Shown piece by piece: positions 39,701-54,700 of a stretch of 64,000 nucleotides of DNA. The translations under genes and the position numbers were made by a program. Numbering within the stretch: position 1 is the first letter of the stretch; every line of letters starts with the position of its first letter. A model generated the notes under the pieces. That model was not told the DNA's origin. It saw only the letters and a list, made by a program, of their open reading frames with translations, and did not search any database. Source of the stretch: Amphiscolops sp. MND2022 (taxonomy: Eukaryota); contig OZ076413.1 of assembly GCA_964187785.1 (NCBI GenBank), positions 63,178,001 to 63,242,000 on the forward strand. The letters run 5' to 3'.

Positions 39701-42700
39701 ACACCACTCGACTAGTCAGCTTCATGTTCGAGGAGGGCCTACTGGACAAACACGAGTTCCTCTCCTGGCTGTTGCAGGCCATCCAAGTGGACTTGAAGCC
39801 CCCGGAGGACCCCTTCAATCGGCTCTTCATTCCACTCATTTACAGTGTATGTGTAATCACCCATTCTGTGCTTTCCACTCAAATGTCGCGACTTTCACAG
39901 AGGTGCGCTTCAGACTCAAAAATCAGTTTTATTAGAAAAAACACGGGGTTTACGCGTTCGTTAAAAATCACCTTTTTGCAGAAAAATTTGAACGAGAAAC
40001 CTTTTCACCTCATGGTGAACTTGCTCAGTTTCGACCGCGAAAAACCAAAGAAGAGAACCTGTTTTAGTTGGCGCTTTTTGTCAAACGCATCGACAGCCTC
40101 TAACATGAACTACAAAACTACTCCAAATACAGGGTTGGGAAAATATCCGATAATTATTTAAATATCGAAAATATCGGATATTTTTGATTTTTTTTCATTA
40201 ATATTTTTGATATTTTAAAGGGAAAAACTGATTGTTTGGGAACGAATTTAATTAATTCATATTTATTCAGAACTTTGAAACAAAATGACAATTTTGCAGC
40301 TTTCTCGTTGCCCATTCTGTTGCGGTGGTTGTCGTGAATCCACCCGTACGTCGAAAATATCCGTTCCAGTGAGGCAGTTGACGGGTTGCACGTTAGCAAT
40401 CCCTGTATGAGGTCTTTCAGATCTTTGTCCATGTCTGGAATGCTCCACCAACCTGTCGCCGTGACACTTTTAGCAGTGTCATAGAAGGGCTTGAGGAAAG
40501 GTGCTGATTGAGCACTATACTGGGCAATCACCACTAGCAGACTAGAGTTACTTTCGCTTGCATAATTGAGAGCGACACTTTGTTCGTTGTAATCTAATAT
40601 TTTTTTTTCGAACTACCTCGGATCAAGATAGAATGCCAAGAAGTGAGCCGGGGTAAGGTTCATTTTGCGCCTGTTGGCGACCATCTGCTGCTTCTCTACA
40701 GACAGCACCTCATTTTGCTTGGAACAAAACTCACTCCAGATGAAGACGGCGTTCTCCCGCTGGAAGGGGGTATTCGTTGCATAGAAGTACTCAGCCACTG
40801 CTTTTCGGTCTGTTTTGTCGAATAGACAAAGCTCTCGATGCTTACGGTCGTGGTTCTTGGCATTTTCGAGGGGCCGGGAGCATCAGAATCACATGAGTCA
40901 ACGTGCTTTTTCATCCGTTCTGGTATACCTTCCAAACCACTTCGGCATATTTTACAGGTTGCCCACCACCCGGTGTTGCCATCTTTTTTGACCGCTCGAA
41001 ACGGTCCCAAATGTCCGACGATTTTCTTCCAGGTGCCATACTTGTCTGAAACATCATAGATTTGAATTGCACTTTGAGACTAATGATTCCGGGAAAAGTA
41101 TCCTAAACTAAAAATATCGTGATAATAGTTCGAAAAATATCATATAATATATCAATATATATATAACTGTCCAAATAGAACTGAATGGATGTTGAAAAAG
41201 CCCAAAAGGTCCCCTTTTACAATTTTAAAAAACTCCCGCGCTTTTTGAGCCTTCAGATTTAGCGCTGAGTTCAGACGTTCTCGTCTTGTTCGTAATTTAC
41301 GTAGGATTGAAGTAAATGTACACTTTTTTAGCTTTTAGATATACTACTAGAAAGCATCTGATAAAAAAGGACGTTTCTGTACTGGGTTTGGAAAAATCTT
41401 AAAATAGAAATTAGTGGAATTCCCTTCGATGCGATTCCTAGAATCGATGTTTAAGGCAATGTGGTACCAACTTTTGTATGATTTTAGCTGATTTTGTTTA
41501 TTCAAATGGTTATTATTAAAAGTTAAAGTGATTTTATTTTTTATTTATAAATATTAATTCGATCCGAAGTTATTCAAGCAATTAAGAGGAGAACTGTTAT
41601 ATTGGCGATTTATCACGAATTTAATTGTTTCAAGTTGCCTAAATAATTTTGAAGTGAATGAATACAACCCTGATTACTTCGCTTTCATGGTAATACGATT
41701 GCCTGTCTGTTTAGTATCTGGATGAGATAGTGTTGAGTGAGACTCTATCGCGCAGACTGGCCTTTTTCTGTGCTCGCAACCTGACTCAGATGTACGACAA
41801 CAGTGTGGAAGCAGCTGCCATTGCCGCTCTTTCCCCCAACGCCACCAATACTGAGTAAGTAGAGTAGAATGCTACTTATTTTTGAAAGATACTTGATGTC
41901 AAACATTTTTAGCTGGGGGATTACCTTTTTTTCAGTAAAGAGATTTTTTAAATTAGCGGTTTAGCGATTAGCGGAAAAAATTAGCGATGTCAAAACACTG
42001 GTCATATCATCAACAAGGCTTAGGTCACTCAGTGATGTATTTTTGAGTTGTCGGGTTTCTAAACTGTTAGAGGTCCAATCAGGCTCTTGCCATGTCGATA
42101 ACTTGACAAAACCGCGAAATCTAAAATAGTCTAATTGATCTTCTCTCATTTCCCAAACTCCATTCTATTCTTAATTGCTGTAGTAAGTTCAGATTCTTGG
42201 AATTACGTTGAGGATGCAACCCCCCCCCCCCCTTTCACTCAGAAAATGTTTTGTGAATAATACGAATTCAGACCCCCTCAATTATATGTGTACCGCCCTG
42301 GCCTGGCCTTGTAACTCAGTGCCCCCCTAAAAAACCAATTCGTAGAAGAGAGTATCAAGCCGAAATTAAAGTAATTAGTTATTTATAGTTCATTCCCATC
42401 ATTGTCCGTTTTGTTAAACCATCTGAAACCTATTCGATTGGCAAATCGTGCAACCAGGGAGATGAAGTGATAATTACAAAAACGAAATCTGTTTGAAATC
42501 GAAATTTAGCCCTAAACGACTCAAGACCCTTGTAAAGATGCACACCCCAATGTATACCTTGCTAAGGTTCCTCGGAAAAGTGTTCACATGACCTGATTTT
42601 TAGTCGGCGTTTTCGAAGAAAATGCACGACTCTTCCAGTGGCTAGTTTTTTTTCGTCAGTTCAACGCGATCGGTCCACTTTTTTGTTCATTTGTTCAACA

Positions 42701-45700
42701 ACTTGATGAACTACGGAGGTTCAATACATTCAATACACTAAACCTCAGAACCTCGCCAATCCAAAAAGAAACTAAACCGACGTCCCTAACATCGAAAACA
42801 CTTTTTGACTATCTAGGTGTTTTTCACAGATTTTTTAGGCACAATGCGACTATTTTGAAGTTTTTTGGATTCCACCAAAGGGTCTCTCCTTCGTTTGTTT
42901 CGATATTTTGAAACACAGTGGATGTCAAAAAATCCCAAGGGGTCCCCCTTTTACATTTTCGGCACTGTGACACTGTTCAAAAATCTCATTTTAAAAATTT
43001 TTTCCCGAAATTTTTTAAAATCTCCCAAAGGTTCCCCTTTTAAAATTTTGAGCCTGAGACATAGCGCCGACTTTGGCCGTTCCCGTCTTGTTCCTAATCT
43101 CAATTTTCTTGAAAGCTATTTGGATATCTGCGTCTGTAGGAACCTTCAGAAGGAAATCAACAATATCTGTGTGTGAGATTACTACATGTATTCACAGCAT
43201 CGTTTTTTGTATCCTCCACAGTGATTTCGTCCTCAAATGAGGACAGCAATTTTTTCTCAATCAATAAAAAAATACGAAACGCAAAAAGAATATAGGAAAA
43301 CGAAAATTTGTCTTAATCGATAATTTGTTGGAGTATCTGGTGAGTTGTTATTTGTGTCAAGATAGCTTTTTTCCGAGCCACCGTCAAAAACATAACTGGA
43401 AAAAAGTGAAAATTTGCAAAATATTACATTTCAGAAAAATTGCCTTTTCTCAATACTCGAGCAACTGTTTGCTAACTTACTCTCCCACTCTAATAACACA
43501 GCAGGCCACCATTCAAAGCGCATATAGAAGTTTTTTCAATGAAGTTTCACACATGAGTTTGACCGGCATCTGAAAGTGGCGCCAACTCCCAGTCTAATTA
43601 CTGTGCATTTGAAAGCTTAGGTAAAGGGTTTCAAGCCCTCCTGAAAGTTTCAGGAGCAGAAAACTATATTGAGCTGCGGCTATGTTTCGTGGAGAAATGA
43701 AGCTTTGAAAAAATGCCAATTTTTGTCAATTTTTCGACTTTTCGGTGTACTGTCGAGATTACGATGGCATGATTGTGAAAAATGATTTTGACTAAAAAGT
43801 ACCGATATCTCCGCAAATAATAACCTCTGCCAAAAACTATACTTGTGAAAGATTGTAATTTTTCATGAAGAGTTTAATGGCGTGTGTGTTTAGTCCACGG
43901 TGGCTGCACCAGCAGCAGATCCACATCATGGCGTCGCTAAACCCGAAGAACGTGTGGGAGGACTACTTGCACTGTCCCCACCACAGGGGCATGGTCATGA
44001 GTCTGAGCTGTGCCCTGCAGGTCATCACCATGTGCTGTCCCTCCGCCCTAGTGTGGGTCATTCCCAGGTGTGTACACATGCAACACCATACATGTCGGTT
44101 ACTACCATACATCATGATGAGTTTGCATTTTGAACCTCCCATGTGTATCAAATGTCTTCAGTTCCACGAAAACGTTGTTACCTCCAGAACTCGAGTGTTC
44201 AAAATTCTCGATCGTTCTATCTATTCAATAGGTAATTGTTCTATGAAAAATGGAAACACGCTGATGATCGTTTTTATCAGACATTTTTGGGACTTGAGAA
44301 ACATCTTTGGGAATTTTTGATAACAAATTCTAGATGTACCTCGCCGCTATGAAGGTCAACAAGTAACGCATTCATGCTTGCATGGAGCACACGCGGCAAT
44401 TTGTTCTCTCTTTACAATTTCTGCTCCAGTATATCTTTTTTTGCAATACTACTGGCTCAAACTCAAGGCACCTGTCTGATTTCTCAATTACACTTGCTCA
44501 GTTGTATTTAAAAGCCCAGCTCTTGTCTGAAGCTACTTTTAAAACTTCTGTTTCGTTACCTTTTCCCCAGAAATTGGATTATTCATTACTATATTATTAC
44601 TAGTGGTATATTAATATATTACCTCTGCAGTCGCTCCAAAAACGAGCTTCTGTCTCCGACTGCACCCATGGATGACAGCATGGACGGTCCCTCCAACCAG
44701 CCGGAAGAGGGCTCCCCTCTGGACATACTGCCAGTGGCGCCCAGCGAACTGCCTCTTCCGTTCTCTGAGATGGACGGGAGCGAAATCGCTGCTGACACCA
44801 AAGACCAACTCGTCTACCTGGAAGAGATCATCAGAAACAGAAGCATGGCTGTCGAACAGAGGTGGTCTTCTGCCAAGTATCAAGAGTCTTCCTTCGGTTT
44901 GTGTATTTTCATTAAATATTTCAAGGAGGCATTTTTGATTCCTTGGAGACTTTTAAGGTCATAGTCTTGAACATTTTCATTTTGACTTTTTACATTTCCT
45001 AAATTAACGTGGTGGAAACGTAGATCATGTATGTTACGAACCCCCTAACTTCTGAAATTGTTTTAAAAAATAATAACGAGTGGGTATTGACCTCAAAAAG
45101 GCAGGTAGTGTATGAGAAAATCCAAACACGTTGGCCATTGAACTGTGAAACAGGTTGCGCAATTGAAAAGAAACTAAGGTTTGCAACCAAACTTTAACTA
45201 GCAAATATTTGAGAGTCGTTGGTGACTTCAGTTTTGGCTCTATTGTATTTGAAGGTAACGAAGTGCAGCGCGTTCTGGAAATCATTCAAGATCTGGACAC
45301 TTACAACTTCAACATGAACTCGGCTTTGAACAACATGAAAGTGCTCAGTGCCAAGATCTTCAAGCGGGGTGTCAACGATACTTATGTTGTGGGTTCGGGC
45401 TCTGGCAAAGAGGTCAGTGGCAGCGACTGGCTCGTGGTCAAGACTCTCTGTGACTGGGCAACCACTTCTCACAGACCTGGTTGTCACAGGGCGGCCGTAG
45501 TTGCGGCTGTTTTGGCCCATCAACAAGGTTGGGTTAATAAATCAAGAATACATACCAGTTTATTTCATCGGCAATTCCATCTGAAGTTCGAGACACTCTA
45601 AAATAGTGATTATTCCTTGGGAAATTTTCTAGAGAAATCAGATTTTCCAAACTAGCAGAAGACTCTGCTGTCTGTGAATAAATTGTAAACATATAGTGGA

Positions 45701-48700
45701 AAGGAATTTTCTGTACGTCATCTGCAAACTGACGATCCAAAAACCGACATTTTGACATTGTAGTGATAAAAGGACCTAAAACATGGGATCAAAATTGTAG
45801 TTGAATATTTGGATATATTACTGGACCTGTGTACAAAATAATGTTCAATTTGCGATTTGCTGACAGACGAAATTTGTAACGAAAGTTTTTGTTCACGATA
45901 TCGATAGAAGAACGAAATGTGAAATAGTGCAAATTTTATATAGCGACGTTTTTGAATTTTATTGAATTTTCTCACCGAATAGGTCTTTGAACTTATGAAT
46001 TATTCACACTGGAATTGAACCTTGACAACTTTGGTTTCTAAACAGATTTGCCCAACTTTGTCGTTTCAGTGGCCTGTCACCAAACCGAGGATGGCACCCC
46101 GAAGCCATATGCCCTACAAGCACACTTGGTGAAGTTCTTGGACGAGTTCGCACCCACTTTGAAACTGGCTCCGGGCAGCGATGAAAACACGTTTGAGGAA
46201 GAACGCATGTTCACTTCTCTCATCTTTCTCATGCACGAGTTGATCGATGCTGACGTATTCTCTCACGACCAGTATCTCCGACTTCTTATCTCTAGAGGCG
46301 ATCTCACTACAGGTCAGCAGTTGCCAGTCTTCTTGTATTGTACCCATTATTTTGACAGCTCTGGTTTCCAAGTTGTTGATCCTTTGATTGATATTAGGCC
46401 GATTGATTGATATTAGGTTTTAAAAATTGGTAAGAGTTTGGGCGTGGGTGTACTGTAGAGATGAAAGTTCAAGTGGAGTAGTATTCTCTTCCAGTTGACT
46501 TCCGTTCAAATGAAAATGGCCTCGTAACTTAGCCATGACCATTTAAAATGAATTTACTTCAATCTAGTGATTTGATCCCGCGGACAGGTATTTTGTAGTT
46601 GTGAGAACCAAAACACAAACCAAGCACTTCCTGAGCATCTTCCAGAGCTGGCACGTTTGTTTTAAATTGTTTCAAACAATAAAGAAAAAAAACATTGTTT
46701 TTTTTCACGTAGCTATGCCTCGCACCAAAGAAAAATCTTAAACCTGAAGAGTTCGGACAAGGCACGAGTTACATAGAAAAGTCTACTTTGGGCCTTACTT
46801 ATGGTTCTCTTCGAACAAGTTTGGGTGTTGAGAAAGCTGGCACGCTCGCATTTTTCTTCCGACAGCTGAACGCTGAATAATTGTACTCTTTCTGTGCACT
46901 GAAATTAAGCTTTCAACCTCACTTTTGCAACAAAACGAAAAAAAACATGTTTTTCTAAGAAAAACACGCTGTTTGTTTCATTCGGGTCAAAAACAGGTTT
47001 TTTCCCAAGCCCTGACATCATCTGATCTTCAGAGGTCAAGGCTTCGAGAGATAAACTTTCGTGACTCTGGAACGGACTTTGTTTTAGCTTTGTTCTGTTT
47101 ACTGTTTGTAGCTTCAAGAAAACCAGAAACATTGATGTGAGGCCTTTCGAACATCTAATCATGTTGAAAGGAGGAGTATTTAACCTCATGATTTTTATCC
47201 CTGGACAACCTGGCCATTCGGCGTAGAAAGTTAGTCCGTGCTGGATTATATAGTCCAGTGATGCCACACCTACAAACATTCGAAAATGGCTCAAGGACAA
47301 GTTATCTAAAGCCGGATGAATCGGTGAATTGCTGAGTGGAACATGAAAAAACAGTATCTCAAAGTTTTGTAATTTCTGTACACATAATGTAACAGTCAAC
47401 AAAATGTTTATCACAGGCTTAGCGGCTTCCACACGGCAAACATTTCCTCAACGAACACACCGGTCTCTGAGTATTTCGCTTCAAACCGCATGAATTATTC
47501 CCGGTACGGATTTTGCGTTCAATTCGCAGATCCACGGCTCTAGCGTGATTTCGACATTGCCAGGTCGTGGTAGCGACTACCGAGTGTATTGATATTGGTC
47601 TGAAGCGCAAAGTAAATTCTGAAGAGTGAGAGTTAGCTTTTTTGTTGTCCCAACAAGTAGTTGCGATCAACCACTGCTACCTTCGATTGTCCGTCGCCGA
47701 TCGACATTGTCTTCCGCGCTTCGATACAGCCCATGCAGTAGCAAGAAATCAATAATATCTGGCTCCTTGATATCAACTTTATTTAATTTTAAATTTCGTT
47801 CAGAATGAGCCGCCTCTACCAAAATACCCTACCAATGCAAGTCTTTGGCTAATGATGTGGGACTTCGGTCTTGTGTTGTAGCGGCGGTATTAGGGGACAT
47901 AATGGCAGACAAAATGAAAGGAAACAAAAATGAAAAGACGTTCATCATTTAACTAATTTGACAAAAAACATTATCGGATAGTAAGTTTTGATATTGGGGA
48001 GTTTCGAGATACTCGCCATCCCTTATCAAAAGTTAGGATTTTCAGGGGGTCTCAATAATGCGGGTGACCAGTTTAAGGCTGGGACGGTATATGGGGTATG
48101 CGAACAGTAACCCGCATCATTGAGAACCCCTGAAAGTCTTAACTTTTGATAGGAGAGGGCGAGTTTCTCGAAATTCTCCTTTATCGGTATAGAAATGGCA
48201 GAGTACTTCAGTGGAGTTTGAAAGATGTAAAGATGCATCACTACATTGTTTGATGCCTGAGTAGAACGTTATTCCTCAAAAAACCGTCCACAAAAATGGT
48301 AGAACATTATTCCACAAAAATCAGCCATTAGGGATCCCCTTTATGAAAGGATGAAGAGTAGAAGAATTGAATGTTCCTGTTGCAGGTGCTCTCTACCCGA
48401 CTCCCGACACTTCTGGCGAAGGTATGGACGAGAACTGTGTGGCTGATCAGCCCATCTCGAACTTCGCGGAGAAGAGACATCTCCTTTTCACCCTACAGTT
48501 TCCAGTCTCTCCCGACAGCGCCAACGACGTCAACCAAAGGTGTGTACTTCCACTAGCCACACTTACTGCATTTCCGATGTGATATAACTAACCTTTTCTT
48601 CTTTCTTTACCTCTCTGCCTTGCATGTGATCAAAAAACAATGAAGTATATCGCGAGCGTCGGAGGTAAAAAAAGGTGAAAGTTGAATGATTTGACCCATG

Positions 48701-51700
48701 CTAGAGAAGCTATATGAAATCCTTTAGCACCGAAAGTTGAAACGTTGGTTGTAATTTAGGTTGATGTCGATTTTCTCGTATGTGAAACCCCGCGTAAAGT
48801 GTGATTTGAAAAATTATCGTTTGTAAAAGCTATATTTTTGCTTGTATCGGTATTGTGTTGGTAATGCATTGGTATTGTGCGCTGCTCTCCAGTATTATTT
48901 GGGGGTTTTGTTACCGATTTTGTGGCATCTCGGTCGTTCATACCCCCCAAACAAAATAATCCCTAATATGAATGTTGCATGAAATCTTTGTGAAATGAAA
49001 TATGTAATTTTTTCAGTGCTACCAAAATATGGATAATTTGAAAAGTACAACGCAAGTTATAAGCAAGCTTTCTCTTGATCAATTGTTCTGTTTTTTCACT
49101 CCCTGAGTTTCGTTTTCGGAAAAAGTTTGTCATTTACCATTTTTACTCCGAAAAATTCAGCAACGAAAAAAATTAATTTCATATCTTAGTTTTTGTGAAG
49201 TAGTCTGAACTTTTGAAAAAGTGCCGAAAATATTTTAATTTCATTTTGAACGATTGTTTAATGTATGCTGTTTATATATTTCAGATCGGAAAATGTCTCG
49301 GTCCATAGCAAATGTCTTTTAAAAATTCGAATCAAGCCAAAATGTGCTGCTGTATTGCAGGTTGATGTTGCTGTATGGTTTTGGCTCCAACCGAGCACTG
49401 GGCATGGCTGAGCAGAAGTCGTTGTCTCAAGACTTGTCCAAACTCATCACTGCTTCGGCCATCACTGAAGAGGCTCAGAGTGATAACATTGAAGCCTTGC
49501 GGACCAGGTCAGTTAATTCACCCTTGAGATCGGAATAAAAATAAGTATTGTGAATTAATTATCGGTATAAAAATATACATAGTTGAATCAAAGGAATTGT
49601 AGAACTGCAGAAAAGGTGCATTTTTCTTTACAAGAGCGCATGTCCTGATATCCTACGCTTTTTTGTATATTTTATATGCATAGAGGATATGAAATGTTAA
49701 CATTATGACTTCTCTGTATTAGGTGAGAACAGTGATGTGTTGAATCTTTTTAACAGATTTTTTAACAATAACCAATTGAATTTTTTTCCGAATCTGTTAA
49801 ACCAAATTTTACCATGAATCTGAATTTAATCAATTTTTCAACTTTCAGTGCGTTAGGGTTTACTTTTGTGCCATTTCCTCAAAGTTCTTGGAAACGCAAT
49901 CGGATGAGTGGTTGGGAGTTCAGAAAAGGTGCGGAAACTAGGCATGACTGCCTGGCCTTACTTGTTTCTAAACTCCTAAACCATTTCTCAGGAGATTTCT
50001 CAAACAACACAGAAATGGAAAAATATAACAAATGGTTTTAATGTACATCACGGTAAGAATGGCCCTGCAAATCGAAACTTCAGTTGTGCATAATTCTTTT
50101 GAACAGTAACAATGGTATCGTGGCAACCATGATCGCATCATGTAATCCTCCCTTCCTCAAGTATTACTCCTAATGAAGATTCCGAGAAACGAGCAGTTTC
50201 CCGTATCTGGAAATCTCTAATGCAAATGCTATCGGAAGTGGTGTTGACATATTTATAGAAAGTGATGACCATTGACGTGACAATTATTTCGGAAGTACTT
50301 GGTATTTCCATCTGCCAGACAGCAACACTTGGTTTCGAAACTTTCCGTAGGTTTGAAATGTTTTGATATTTTTAAATTGAAGTAACTCGATATAAATCGA
50401 AGTATACCCTCGATATAACAGGGTATAAATTCGGGTATAAAGTTTTAGGTTTAGTTGAATTTTTTCACTGAGTTACGAAATTAAGAGATGTTGAAAGAGT
50501 TCCCTTTTGATGTTTTTTAGGAGTCGGAAAAAATTTTCGACTACTTATGCAATCGTGTTGTTTTTTTTTCGCCCGACCTTTTCATGAAAATTTCAAATTT
50601 CTCAAAAACTGTCCATACGATTTTTATAAAATTTTGCACAGTCATTCTACACCCAAAGGGGCCCCTGCGTGTGCAAAGGCATCAAAATCGTATGACTGGG
50701 ATGTGAGAAACATAGCCAAAATTAGCCCAAAAATGGCCAAAAAACAGCCATTTTTCGACTTTTTTCGATTTTCTCAAAAACTGTCCATACGATTCGAACG
50801 AAATTTTCTACAGTTATTCTACACCATATTAGAGTCCTATATGTGCAATGGCATCAAAATCGTATGGCTGGGATGTGAGAAACATAGCCAATTTTATCCC
50901 AAAAATGGCCAAAAAAACAGTCATTTTTCGATTTTCTCACAAACTGTTCATACGATTCGAACGAAAGCGAGTCAGAAGGAAAAAGACTTAAGCCGACTCC
51001 TTTACCGCATATGCGGCTCTGGTTCATTATTATTATTTCTGCCATAGCAGTAATAATTTAGAAATCTGAAGGATGCAACTTTTTTCGTGATCCGAGTAAG
51101 TTTGATATTTTGTTCGGCAGTGAGTGGTAAGCGTGAGAATTAAGTTTCTCAAGCTGCCGACAACAATTCGTTCCTCGTGCGATGGAACGAACGAGTGGTG
51201 TTTATATATTCGTGCGACGATTTCAGTGAAGCGAATGAGTTTTAATAATTCTTTCGCCGAGAGCTTTCCCTGCATTCAAATCCGAATGGAAATCTTCGTA
51301 TACGCTTAGTAATTATTTTTGCTTTCGTTCAAGAGGAATTAAAGGTGGTTTAAACTGATACCGTGATTAATTGTGCGCTATATAATGATTAAACTGGAGT
51401 GTTTAGTTATTCCAGATTGCTAGTTTTGAAAGCCCAAAGCAGAAATACTATGCTCCGCAGGGGCCTATTTCCACAAAGGGGTCCACATTCAGTAGTGTGG
51501 TATATTTTGGGTTAACGGACTGGAAACGGGAACGAATTAACGCTCTGATTTCTGTACCTTTTACGTAGGAAGATTTTTTGGATTTCGAATAAAAATTTCA
51601 CCTATTTTTTTGTTTCGCATTCATGTGACCATGGTATAATGACTGATTCACTGATGAGTGACTTGATGATGTTTCAGGTTTTTGAAGTTGTGTTTCCACG

Positions 51701-54700
51701 ACCGGCAACAGGTGGTGAAGCATTGTGTGGGGGTGGTGTCGCACCAGCTGGACTGTGTGGCTGAACTGGGTCTCCACTGTGGCATCGGAGGGGTGTCCTT
51801 GCCTCTTATTTCCACCATAGAGTTCGTCACCCAGCTGTGCGAGTCCGCCGCCTGTGTAGCTGCCATACTCGACATTGCTGAAAATGTGAGTCATCATTAA
51901 CGGTTTACCATCTAACCAATGCTTCAATTCAATACTCTGAAGGTTTGACAAATGCTTGTCAACAATACCCTTGATATGTGAATAACTTACCCTCACCACC
52001 AAAGGATTCCACTTTTTTTCAATTCAATCTTTTGCAATTACTTTAAAACACAATCGGGCATTAATTAATTTTATTTGGGTCGTAAAAAGGAAGGATTATA
52101 CCCGTTGGTAACTGCCAAATCGCAAAGGACGCCATTCGTTGTGAACCCTCCCATTCCCCATACTACGGAAGGCAGTGTATTAGTATCCCCTTAATTCGTA
52201 TTTCCCCCCTGTTCGTATTGTTTCTTTCGGTCCCTAACAATACGACTTAGGTGGATTACACTGTAGAATAATCCGATGGAGGCAGGAGTATGTTACTTCA
52301 GGCTCCATCTATCAGGATGTTTCAGCAAAAACTCTAGAGTTCGTTTTCATCAAAATCAATTGTTGAGCCAATACACAAAGTAGTTGAAAGTCATTTTTAT
52401 CTTTTGTCACTTGCATTGTGTTGTACGTGTTCCTCTCCTCCTCCAATCATTATTGAATCCATAATAATAGAATATCTCAAACCTTTCTTTGCCATGTTAG
52501 CTGTTTTCAAATTTTAACAATCCCAACGTTTTACGGCTTTGCGAGTTAACTCTAACTGTTAGTGACTGATTTTTTAGATTTTGTCGAACATGCCGCAGCT
52601 GTTGTCCATTGTGCCTGAAGAGTACAGCTCTTCTCTGATGATGGTAGCTGTCGCCAACATTCAGCTCTTCGTTCCTTATATCCTCATAACTGATGAAATA
52701 GCCGTTACCATCTTCGAGAGGTAACAAAACGAATTTATCCATAATCGCATGCACACGTTTAAGATGCATGAATAGTTTATAAAAACAAACAAGAGAAAGA
52801 ATGAACCGGGATTGGCACACAAGTCGACGTCCAGCTCAAGACTCAAACAGTAAAGTTTTTTAAATACTAAATATAGTTTTTGGGAAACTCAGCTCGTTTA
52901 ATGAAAAATTGCAAAAAAATCCAAGTGTCGGAGACATTTTCAAATGAGGGACCTTTTGGACTGACAAGAACTTTCCAACTGAAAACATCGAAAAGTCGTT
53001 CATTTTTGAAAAAAAACGAAGGGAGATCATAAATTTTTGTTATTCAAATGTTAGAAATCAAAGGGGCTCTTTGCACCCTTTTGGCCTTCTTTAGATCTTA
53101 GGTGTAAAGCTGAACTTTTCTAGACTTTTTTGGTCAGTTCGAGCGAAATGAAAAGATCGAAAAGCCACTATAATGGTCGTTTTTTATATCGTATAGTGCT
53201 GACTAAAACGTATCAACATTAATTTCTATGAAAAATTATTCATTCCAAGGCTTTTAAATTCATTGAGGTGTGTAGATTTTCTTTAGGAGCTTCTCATTGG
53301 AAAAAGTTACATGAGCTTGTTTTTCATCAAGTTCGTATTGATTGGATTAATCTTGAATTGCGACAAAATCTTATACTAAAACCCCTTCATACTTCTTTAC
53401 ACTATAGCCGAAGGTTTCAAGTTACTTGGTTTTGAGCTATTATTTTCTGTTGGATTGTATTACAAAGTCGATTAAGAGTACCCGGGTTGACCCTTCATGG
53501 ATATCTTAGTAAGATCTTGTCAAAATCTTAGAACAATCTTGGCTAAGATCTTGCCATGGTACTCATTTTGCCATGGTAAGATCTTATCAAAAAAGCCATG
53601 TTCCCAAGAAAAATTTTATTGTAAAATCCTATTTGGCTAGAAAAAAATCTGAAAGGAAGTCAACAAAAATCAACATTTTTCCAGGTTTACATTGTTAGAC
53701 ATGACAATTTTCTGTTCGTAAGGTACAAATTTGATTGAAGAGTCCTGATGATATTTAGGGAGGCACTGATTAAATTGTCCTATCAATTGCAAAACCGTCG
53801 CCAACAACGGCGTCAGATAAGCCTCGAGCTGAATCATAATCCAAACTGGGACTATGACCGCCGTTTCTAGCAGTAATAAAGGCTGCTGAAACAGGCTCAT
53901 AGAAAGTTGAAGATATAATTTTACAAAAAATTCGGGATTTTTAGGTGTTTCCTATGTAACTTTCCGATAGTGGCTCTGGACGTTTGGGACCATTTTTCTC
54001 CGTTTCTGGAATCGACAGGAATGATAAATTACAAGTTTTGAAAAGCCCTTGAAATTACTTTTCATTTGGTACATTGGGCATTTTTCAGTCTTAAACAGGT
54101 GAGGAGTTATTAGGATTCTCGTCAGAATTTCGGTTAGCCAGAATACGTTATTGTAATTTTTCGCACAATTTTGCATGGAAAAATTTTCAACAACATGAAG
54201 CATTTTGATTATGAAAACTAGTAGAAATAGTCGTTGTGGGGTGAAATGAGCCTTCAGATTAAGTCTCAGCTGCTTGTACTCAAGGTATAGTGTTTTTTAT
54301 AATCTTAGAATTTTGTCCATCGTGATTAGATACGATCTTGGAATAATGTATTATCTTAGTAAGATCTTAGTACGAATCTTGCCATGGGATCCATGGTTGC
54401 CAAGATGTAGTAAGAATTTGGCAAGATCTTGCCAAGGCAGCCAAGATGCTAGTAAGAGGGTTAACCCGGATACTCTAGAAGTTCATTACTTCGTATCTTT
54501 GCTCTTAGTGCTCTGGAACACTTTCCCAAAAAATAAATGCGCTCATGTTATGGTTGTTTAGAGCAATAAGCGCAAAAACGAAAGGAATAGGCGAAATCAT
54601 GGTAATAAATTGGTATATTGAATGGGAGTAGAAATTTTCAATCTTATGCAGCATTTGACAATTTAAATAACTCAGAAATTTTCATTGCACCATTGAAATT

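Noticed and set aside
46905-47790. 175-aa minus-strand ORF and adjacent GC-richer tract in MED12 intron 11
   Set aside because: No motif recognised; MED12 exons 11 and 12 join in phase without it. It may be an old element relic but cannot be supported.
50547-51047. 166-aa ORF
   Set aside because: It is a translation of the tandem interior of the family-2 element.
51598-52820. Minus-strand ORFs of 134 and 107 aa
   Set aside because: Antisense shadows of MED12 exons 14 and 15.
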